From: an uncultured virus (IMG/VR IMGVR_UViG_3300020416_000657)
Lineage: Duplodnaviria > Heunggongvirae > Uroviricota > Caudoviricetes
Virus record (IMG/VR): IMGVR_UViG_3300020416_000657
Reading direction: 5' to 3' (one strand)
DNA: 64,000 bases
Below, one piece after another: positions 57,823-64,000 of this stretch. Position numbers and translations under genes: made by a program. Position 1 is the stretch's first letter. Each line of letters starts with the position of its first letter. The notes under the pieces were generated by a model. It did not search any database and was not told the origin of the DNA. It saw only the letters and a list, made by a program, of their open reading frames with translations.

Positions 57823-59303
57823 TATTTGTCAAACAGAAAGACCATGTGCATATGTATGTGGAAGCTTCCGATGAGGGTATAACAAAAGAGATATCAGATT
57901 TCTTTACCTTTGAGGTGCCTGGCGCCTCATTTATGCCTTCATATAGGAACCGACATTGGGATGGGAAGATTCGTTTATACAATCTATCCAGACGAGAACT
58001 ATATGTTGGTCTTTTGCCTTACCTATTAGAATTTGCAAAACAACTTGAGTATGAAGTCAAGTTGGAGATGGGTGAGATTGGCGAGGAGATGTCACGCGAT
58101 GAGGTCAAAGAATTCGCCAGTAAATTAAAACTTCATAGTAACTGGAAACCTATTCAGATAAGAGACTATCAACAAGACGCTGTATTCGATGCAATCAACG
58201 GTGGCAGAACTCTTTTACTTTCCCCTACCGCTAGTGGTAAGTCCCTCATAATATACAATCTGGCGCGATATCATCACGCCTTAGGACGAAAACAACTTAT
58301 TGTAGTCCCTACTACCAGTTTAGTAGAACAAATGTACGGAGACTTCGCTGATTACTCCACACACAATGGTTTTGATGTATCAAAGTACTGTCATAGGATA
58401 TACGGTGGTAAAGAAAAAACAAACAAAGCGGACATTGTTATATCAACATGGCAATCTATCTACAAGTATCCAAAGAAATGGTTTGAAGAATTTGATGTAG
58501 TGTACGGTGACGAGGCACACCTATTCAAAGCAAAGTCTTTGATGACTCTCATGGATAAATGCACGAACGCCAGATTTAGAATAGGTACTACTGGTACATT
58601 AGATGGTACACAAACGCATAGATTAGTCTTAGAGGGTGTGTTTGGTAAGGTATATAAGGTTACTAGTACCAAAAAACTAATGGATAAGAAAGAACTTGCA
58701 GACTTAAAAATTGTCTGTATGTTGTTGGAGTATCCAGATGAGGAAAGAAAACTTGTATCTAAGATGCCTTACAAAGAAGAGATGGATTTTATAGTCGGAC
58801 ACGCGGGCAGAAATAATATTATAAGTAAACTAACTGTAGCACAGAAGGGAAATACTCTTTTATTATATCAGTATGTAGAAAAACATGGTCAGAAACTATA
58901 TGATATAATATCTAAAATGACAGACCGCCCAGTTCATTTTGTATTTGGTGGCACAGAAACAGACCAAAGAGAAAAAATTAGGTCATTAACAGAAAAATCT
59001 GATAATACAATCATCATTGCCAGTTACGGAACCTTTTCTACAGGTATAAATATAAGGAACCTTAATAATATTGTGTTTGCCTCTCCAAGTAAGAGTAGAA
59101 TTAGAAATCTACAGTCGATTGGAAGAGGACTTCGGAAAAGTGAAATAAAAACAAAATGTAATTTGTTTGATATTGGTGATGACCTTTCATGGAAACAGAG
59201 AAAAAATTATACTCTGAACCACCTGTTAGAAAGAATTAAAATGTATAATGAAGAATCCTTTGATTACAAAGTAGTGAAGCTAGACTCACAAGGAAAGATA
59301 TGA
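57819..59303 (+). CDS. uvsW: SF2 DNA helicase
   Basis: WDGKIRL, RDYQ, SPTASGKS, GDEAH, ASYGTFSTGINI and LQSIGRGLR motifs. Confidence 0.96.
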   Translation: MIFVKQKDHVHMYVEASDEGITKEISDFFTFEVPGASFMPSYRNRHWDGKIRLYNLSRRELYVGLLPYLLEFAKQLEYEVKLEMGEIGEEMSRDEVKEFASKLKLHSNWKPIQIRDYQQDAVFDAINGGRTLLLSPTASGKSLIIYNLARYHHALGRKQLIVVPTTSLVEQMYGDFADYSTHNGFDVSKYCHRIYGGKEKTNKADIVISTWQSIYKYPKKWFEEFDVVYGDEAHLFKAKSLMTLMDKCTNARFRIGTTGTLDGTQTHRLVLEGVFGKVYKVTSTKKLMDKKELADLKIVCMLLEYPDEERKLVSKMPYKEEMDFIVGHAGRNNIISKLTVAQKGNTLLLYQYVEKHGQKLYDIISKMTDRPVHFVFGGTETDQREKIRSLTEKSDNTIIIASYGTFSTGINIRNLNNIVFASPSKSRIRNLQSIGRGLRKSEIKTKCNLFDIGDDLSWKQRKNYTLNHLLERIKMYNEESFDYKVVKLDSQGKI

Positions 59304-59710
59304 CAAACGAACCAAAAATAATTGTATTTGATAGTGGGCTACAGATAGTAGCGAGTGTTGAAGAATCCGAAATTTTGGGTAAGATAACATTACACTATCC
59401 TATGGAAATTTTAAGATTGCCAGTATCTATGACAACTGAAGCTTATTCAATAAGACCGTGGATGTCATTTTCTAACGAAACTGTTTTTGAAGTGAATACA
59501 AATAATATAGTCGCAATCGCGCCCCTAAGTGAAGGGTATCACGCTGGATATGAAAATTTAAAAGATGGGTATTTCAACAACCCAATCGACCTCCCGCCAC
59601 CAATTGATGAGGAGTTTGAAAATGATGAGGAAGAAGATATGTTCGACCACGAAACACTTAAAGAAATGGTGGACGAATTGATAGGTAAAAAGAAAAGGAT
59701 ACTACATTAG
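59300..59710 (+). CDS. conserved hypothetical protein between uvsW and gp55
   Basis: ORF with RPWM motif, acidic tail and terminal KRILH, typical of this locus. Confidence 0.7.
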   Translation: MTNEPKIIVFDSGLQIVASVEESEILGKITLHYPMEILRLPVSMTTEAYSIRPWMSFSNETVFEVNTNNIVAIAPLSEGYHAGYENLKDGYFNNPIDLPPPIDEEFENDEEEDMFDHETLKEMVDELIGKKKRILH

Positions 59711-59736
59711 ATATAGCTATCCTTAAACGACAACTC

Positions 59737-59766
59737 ATTATACATGAAACCTTGGGCAGTTGTCAA
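59737..59766 (-). promoter_or_regulatory. consensus sigma70 promoter pointing antisense into the uvsW operon
   Basis: Minus strand TTGACA-N18-TATAAT. Confidence 0.55.
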
Positions 59767-59788
59767 GAAAAATATTTTATTTTTTTGC

Positions 59789-59817
59789 TTGACTTTTGCG
59801 TAACTTTATTATAGAAT
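59789..59817 (+). promoter_or_regulatory. sigma70-type promoter for gp55
   Basis: TTGACT-N17-TAGAAT preceded by an A/T-tract UP-like element. Confidence 0.65.
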
Positions 59818-59827
59818 GGACAACATT

Positions 59828-60433
59828 ATGAATAAGAAATCAGAAACTAATCGACACTATGTGAACAACAAAGAATTCCTTGTTGCTATGACTGCATACC
59901 GAGAATCGGTATTGGAGGCCGCAGAGAAAGGAAAAGATAAACCGCGTGTCACAGAGTATATCGGAGAGTGTTTTGTAAAAATTGCAAACCACCTCGCATA
60001 CAAATCAAATTTCGTAAACTATACATTCAGAGAAGAAATGATTTTGGATGGTATAGAAAACTGTATCACATACATTGATAACTTCAATCCAGAAAAGTCA
60101 AAGAATCCATTTGCGTACTTCACGCAGATTACATACTATGCTTTTCTAAGAAGGATACAAAAAGAAAAGAAACAACTTGACACTAAGTACAAGTACATCC
60201 AGAACATTGACATGCAATCTATCATAGATGGCGAAGAAGGTCATGGGGGTTCTGCTGAATTCGTAGAGTATATGAAAAAACAAATCGATGAAGCGGAAAA
60301 ACATAATGCTCAGTACGCAGAACAAGATAAGAAGGTTCCTAAAAGGCGTCCGAAATATCTGGATGACAAGGAAGCAATGAAGATGGCAAAGGAGAAAATA
60401 CCAGAGTTGAAAGATGCAGAAAAAAGTACTTGA
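59828..60433 (+). CDS. gp55: late transcription sigma factor
   Basis: HYVNNKEFL, YIGECFVKIA, NFVNYTFREEMILDGIENC and NPFAYFTQI.YYAFLRRIQKEKKQ motifs. Confidence 0.96.
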   Translation: MNKKSETNRHYVNNKEFLVAMTAYRESVLEAAEKGKDKPRVTEYIGECFVKIANHLAYKSNFVNYTFREEMILDGIENCITYIDNFNPEKSKNPFAYFTQITYYAFLRRIQKEKKQLDTKYKYIQNIDMQSIIDGEEGHGGSAEFVEYMKKQIDEAEKHNAQYAEQDKKVPKRRPKYLDDKEAMKMAKEKIPELKDAEKST

Positions 60434-60458
60434 CTTTTGCCCGCAGATAGCGTATAAT
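60430..60458 (+). promoter_or_regulatory. sigma70-type promoter
   Basis: TTGACT-N17-TATAAT upstream of 60497. Confidence 0.7.
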
Positions 60459-60496
60459 GTGTAGTTATATAAAGTTTAATTGGAGTTTTCTTTATT

Positions 60497-61036
60497 ATGA
60501 ACATATTTTATTTACATAAAACCCCTACCATATCAGTAAAAATGCATTGCGACAAACATGTCGTGAAGATGGTTATTGAGTATGCTCAGTTATTGTCTAC
60601 CGCCCACAGAATGTTGGATGGTACACAATGGATTGACGCATCTAGTGGTAGGAAAATCAAACGGTGGCGACTAGACAATTCTAATATGGATGGTGTCTTA
60701 TACAAAGCGTCACACATCAATCACCCATCTGCTATATGGGTTCGTGAAAACAATTCTCAGTATCAATACATGTACAACATGTTTACTAATCTTTGTGATG
60801 AGTACACATACAGGTATGGTAGAATACACATGACCGATTCCAAGTTGCGTGAATTGTTATCTGAGTCACCAAAGAATATACCACATGGTTCTTGGAATGA
60901 ACCACCACAATGTATGCCAGATTATTGTAAACAGTCCAACGCTCTTGATGGATACAGAACCTATTACAGAGAAGAGAAAAAAGGTTTCGCTAAATGGACT
61001 AACCGCGATGTACCAGAGTTTATGAATGTCGCATGA
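60497..61036 (+). CDS. pyrimidine dimer DNA glycosylase-like protein (DenV superfamily)
   Basis: MNIFYL...HCDKHVVKM..EYAQLLSTAH, YKASHINHPSAIWVRE, EYTYRYGRIH and PPQCMP motifs. Confidence 0.8.
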   Translation: MNIFYLHKTPTISVKMHCDKHVVKMVIEYAQLLSTAHRMLDGTQWIDASSGRKIKRWRLDNSNMDGVLYKASHINHPSAIWVRENNSQYQYMYNMFTNLCDEYTYRYGRIHMTDSKLRELLSESPKNIPHGSWNEPPQCMPDYCKQSNALDGYRTYYREEKKGFAKWTNRDVPEFMNVA

Positions 61037-62145
61037 TATTATCAAAAGAAGATACCATATATGCTAGCAAGATAGTTGTTGATTACTTTTCAAAGTTTGA
61101 AAGGATTGACGATTACTTTCGTGCGAGAAAAATCGAAAGAGTGAAGGCATTGCCTCCGCCTCTCTTTGGTATGAGTGTAGAGGATGATATGTTTCAGAGT
61201 TGGGATATGCATCCAGAAGAAATGAATTTTTCAGTTGTTCAAATGAACAATGAGGTGTTTGACCAGATGCTAGAGATGACTGCATCTTTTTCACCAGACC
61301 AAGCGCCAGGCAAAGAATTAAAACTGATTGTGAAAGAAACGAATACAAACACAGCAGTTGGTTTTATCAAGTTGGGGTCACCGTTAATAAACTCCAAACC
61401 AAGGAATGATTTTCTTGGTGGTGTCCCCGACTTGCCTATCTTTAACAAGAGGGCAATCATGGGGTTTAATATAGTTCCAGTACAACCATTTGGATTTAAT
61501 TATCTAGGTGGTAAGTTATTGGCTGCCATTTGTTGTTCGCATGAAGTACGAAGGATGTTGAACAAGAAATACAATACAGAGTTTTGTTTGTTTGAAACTA
61601 CATCTTTATATGGTAACATAAAGGGTGCTAGTATGTACGATGGTATGAGACCGTTCCTAAGATATAAAGGAGATACCATGTCATCATTCTTACTAACTAT
61701 GGGTGAAGAAATTTATTTTCATTTACGCGATTGGTTTGAAGAAAAGAATGGTGGTGAAGTTCTTATTCACAAGGGTGCATCTAGTAGAAAACTTAAATAC
61801 CAAACAAAGATGATTCAAGTTCTCAAGGCAAACCTAAAAGAACATGATGTGAAAGCATATGAGTTGTTTGATGATGTAATCAAGAAGTCAACCGATGTGA
61901 CTACACAAAAAAGATTTTATATGTCAGAGTATGGATATAAGAATGTACGCGATGTTCTTCTTGGTAAAACAAATACACTAGAGAAGGCAGAAAACTTTGA
62001 TAGGTTTGAACTAGAAAATGTTATTGATTGGTGGAAAAAGAAAGCCGTCAAAAGATATAGCAACTTGGTCTCAGATGGAAGAATAAGAAAAGATTTGGAA
62101 GTCTGGAATTCTGAAACAATTAACAAAATAGATATAATAAGATGA
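61033..62145 (+). CDS. DUF4338 / Druantia DruA-like protein
   Basis: VGFIKLGSP..N...R, IVPVQPFGFNYLGGKLLAAICCSHEV...KY and ETTSLYG..SMYDG, matching the DruA/DUF4338 core as recalled. Confidence 0.6.
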   Translation: MILSKEDTIYASKIVVDYFSKFERIDDYFRARKIERVKALPPPLFGMSVEDDMFQSWDMHPEEMNFSVVQMNNEVFDQMLEMTASFSPDQAPGKELKLIVKETNTNTAVGFIKLGSPLINSKPRNDFLGGVPDLPIFNKRAIMGFNIVPVQPFGFNYLGGKLLAAICCSHEVRRMLNKKYNTEFCLFETTSLYGNIKGASMYDGMRPFLRYKGDTMSSFLLTMGEEIYFHLRDWFEEKNGGEVLIHKGASSRKLKYQTKMIQVLKANLKEHDVKAYELFDDVIKKSTDVTTQKRFYMSEYGYKNVRDVLLGKTNTLEKAENFDRFELENVIDWWKKKAVKRYSNLVSDGRIRKDLEVWNSETINKIDIIR

Positions 62146-62393
62146 ACATAGAAATTTATTCAAAACCAGATTGCCCCTTCTGTGACAGGGCTGTGCATAT
62201 TGCACAACAAATAGTACAAGAAACAACACATATCAAGTATGAGAAAAAAATGTTAGATGAAGATTTTACATTTGATGAACTGCTTGAAAAATCACCTCAC
62301 GCCAGAACATTCCCACAGATATTTGTGGACGGTGAACTGATTGGTGGTTTCAATGACTTTGAAAAAATGGAGTGGTGGGCTGACAGACAATGA
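62142..62393 (+). CDS. glutaredoxin
   Basis: IYSKPDCPFC, RTFPQIF and LIGGF motifs. Confidence 0.93.
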   Translation: MNIEIYSKPDCPFCDRAVHIAQQIVQETTHIKYEKKMLDEDFTFDELLEKSPHARTFPQIFVDGELIGGFNDFEKMEWWADRQ

Positions 62394-62803
62394 AAAACTC
62401 CCTTGGTTTAGTTGTAGAGGATATAGACGAACCAATACTAGGAAGACCAGAAAACTCTGGTAAGAGACTAGAACTATTGGTTGAAAAGTTTTGTAAGCAA
62501 AACTCTATTGGATATACAAGAGCTAAATCTGGTGCGAGAGAAATTGATTTCATTATTACCAAGGACGAACAAATATTTTATGCTGATTGTACAAATCAAA
62601 ATGTTGGGGGTAGTGTAGAAGAAAAACTACCACATAAAATTTGGAAGTATTATAAACAGTATCAATATGACGAGGTTTATATTATAACAGGCAGTCATAA
62701 AATAAGTAGAAGTGTTTTGAGTCATTGTAAAGAGATTGGTGACATTTATAGTTTCACTCCACACTTTGTTGACTTAGATAATTTTACAAGGATAATAAAA
62801 TGA
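62390..62803 (+). CDS. PD-(D/E)XK-like nuclease family protein
   Basis: SGKRLE..VE, IDFII....ADCTNQNVGGSVEEKLP; the usual ExK position reads DCT. Confidence 0.55.
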   Translation: MKNSLGLVVEDIDEPILGRPENSGKRLELLVEKFCKQNSIGYTRAKSGAREIDFIITKDEQIFYADCTNQNVGGSVEEKLPHKIWKYYKQYQYDEVYIITGSHKISRSVLSHCKEIGDIYSFTPHFVDLDNFTRIIK

Positions 62804-63207
62804 AGGTAGGATTTACTTGTGGTGCATTTGATTTACTACACGCTGGTCATGTAGTTATGCTTGAAGAGGCAAAAGATAATTGTGACTTTCTTATGGTGGG
62901 ATTACAAACAGACCCCACACTAGACAGGTCAAATAAAAACAAACCAGTACAAAGTATATACGAGCGATACATTCAGTTGTATGGTCTCAGATATGTTGAT
63001 GAGGTTATCCCATACGACAGGGAAAGTTGTTTGATGGATATACTCAATACGAAACGAATTGACATAAGATTTGTCGGTGAAGAGTATAAAGATGAGATGT
63101 TTACAGGGAGTCATTTACCCATAGAGGTTTACTATACCAGTAGAGCACACACTTTCTCTTCTACAGATTTAAGAAAACGAGTGAGGAATGCTCCTAAACC
63201 AAAATGA
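62800..63207 (+). CDS. cytidylyltransferase (TagD/glycerol-3-phosphate cytidylyltransferase-like)
   Basis: GFTCGAFDLLHAGH (HxGH), VGLQTD, KPVQSIYER, VDEVIPY and FSSTDLR motifs. Confidence 0.9.
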   Translation: MKVGFTCGAFDLLHAGHVVMLEEAKDNCDFLMVGLQTDPTLDRSNKNKPVQSIYERYIQLYGLRYVDEVIPYDRESCLMDILNTKRIDIRFVGEEYKDEMFTGSHLPIEVYYTSRAHTFSSTDLRKRVRNAPKPK

Positions 63208-63520
63208 CATTGGTGGATATGTTGCTAAGGAAGACGATAGATATATTGTCAAGGATAATCCTTTTGGTAACACATTAGTAATTAGTAGTACGCGATTGCG
63301 TGGTGGACAGGAAACTACTGGACATGAACACGATGGTCAAGAAGAGGTATATTTTTTTATTGAAGGTGAAGGTATCATAGAATTAGATTCGTTATACACC
63401 AATGTTAAGGCTGGCGATATAGTACCAATTCAAGATGGTGTCTTTCACAAAGTTTATAATAGTTCAGATGACAATGATTTATATTTCATTTGTGTGTTTG
63501 ACGGAAAGAGAAAAGTATGA
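63188..63520 (+). CDS. cupin domain protein
   Basis: TTGHEH..QEEVYFFIEGEG and GDIV.I..G.FHKVYN motifs. Confidence 0.85.
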   Translation: MLLNQNDIGGYVAKEDDRYIVKDNPFGNTLVISSTRLRGGQETTGHEHDGQEEVYFFIEGEGIIELDSLYTNVKAGDIVPIQDGVFHKVYNSSDDNDLYFICVFDGKRKV

Positions 63521-64000
63521 AGATAACATGTGCTAGATTGCGGTCTAATGTAAAGTATGAAGGCCCACTACAAACGGTACTAGATAGTTTTTTAGAGAAC
63601 TATGTGAAGTGGATGAGGGCAAACCCCCAACACCAGTACGGAACCTATAACATATCATTTGATGGTACTAGACCCAAGAGAACACCAGAGTCAATAGAAT
63701 GGGCTGACGCGATAGTAATCCCTAGTGATAGTGAGTTTAGATATCATGGTGAGTTACAAATGAATCCAAAAGACTTGGCGAAGTCACAGGCCCACATGGA
63801 TAACATCATACCATTCTTTAAAGACAAACATGTTATTGTCATGAGAAGTGATAGAGGTGATGACGAAAAGTTATACAGAGAAGAAACACTACAGAATGTG
63901 CCAATCAAATCTTACACAGAGATTGATGAGATTGATTTCTCTGGTAACATACACGGAATGAAGTATCACTTTATAAGAAACAAATTTGGCAACCCACTAT
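63517..64000 (+). CDS. N-terminal part of an unknown protein, possibly a DNA glycosyltransferase (truncated by window edge)
   Basis: ATG 63517 overlaps the cupin stop (ATGA) and the frame is open to the window end: MKITCARLRSNVKYEGPLQTVLDSFLENY...ADAIVIPSDSEFRYHG...HVIVMRSDRGD. Function inferred from context and an alpha/beta pattern only. Confidence 0.45.
   Translation, partial: MKITCARLRSNVKYEGPLQTVLDSFLENYVKWMRANPQHQYGTYNISFDGTRPKRTPESIEWADAIVIPSDSEFRYHGELQMNPKDLAKSQAHMDNIIPFFKDKHVIVMRSDRGDDEKLYREETLQNVPIKSYTEIDEIDFSGNIHGMKYHFIRNKFGNPL

Noticed and set aside
59045..59052. TATAAATA inside uvsW
   Set aside because: It falls in the conserved GINI helicase motif and may be a coding coincidence, so it is not listed as a promoter.
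1..64000. Alternative genetic code or stop-codon reassignment
   Set aside because: Core genes are full length under the standard code, and TAA, TAG and TGA all end genes at expected positions.
1..64000. tRNA or rRNA genes
   Set aside because: Intergenic spaces are short and I saw no cloverleaf or T-loop motifs; a tRNAscan run would be needed to exclude them formally.

Overview
This window is 64 kb of a large, AT-rich, lytic T4-like myophage genome. Gene order and protein families resemble marine 'T4-like' phages, but the host cannot be assigned from this window. It holds the gp33-gp59-gp32 replication block, the inverted baseplate hub block (tape measure, gp51, two gp26 paralogues, gp54, gp2, gp4), baseplate and fibre genes (gp48, 53, 27-like, 5, 25, 6, 7, 8, VrlC-like), neck, packaging and head genes (gp13-gp23), gp3-uvsY-uvsW, gp55 and the start of a probable DNA-modification cluster. 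Four observations stand out. (1) A window-wide k-mer rule: CCWGG and CCTGA/TCAGG appear only when overlapped by a GpC, GGWCC and ACGT were not seen, and GATC is rare; this points to GpC-context cytosine modification shielding the DNA from restriction. (2) An 8-kb island of five GT-A glycosyltransferases, oxygenases, a methyltransferase-like protein and a GT fused to a degenerate radical SAM/SPASM domain sits inside the virion gene cluster, next to a protein with a YxG-repeat tail. (3) A probable programmed -1 frameshift joins gp26 to gp51 just upstream of the tape measure gene. (4) Several nested, antisense or hairpin-embedded promoters. All protein calls come from recognising motifs and synteny by eye; no database searches were run, and motif counts are manual.
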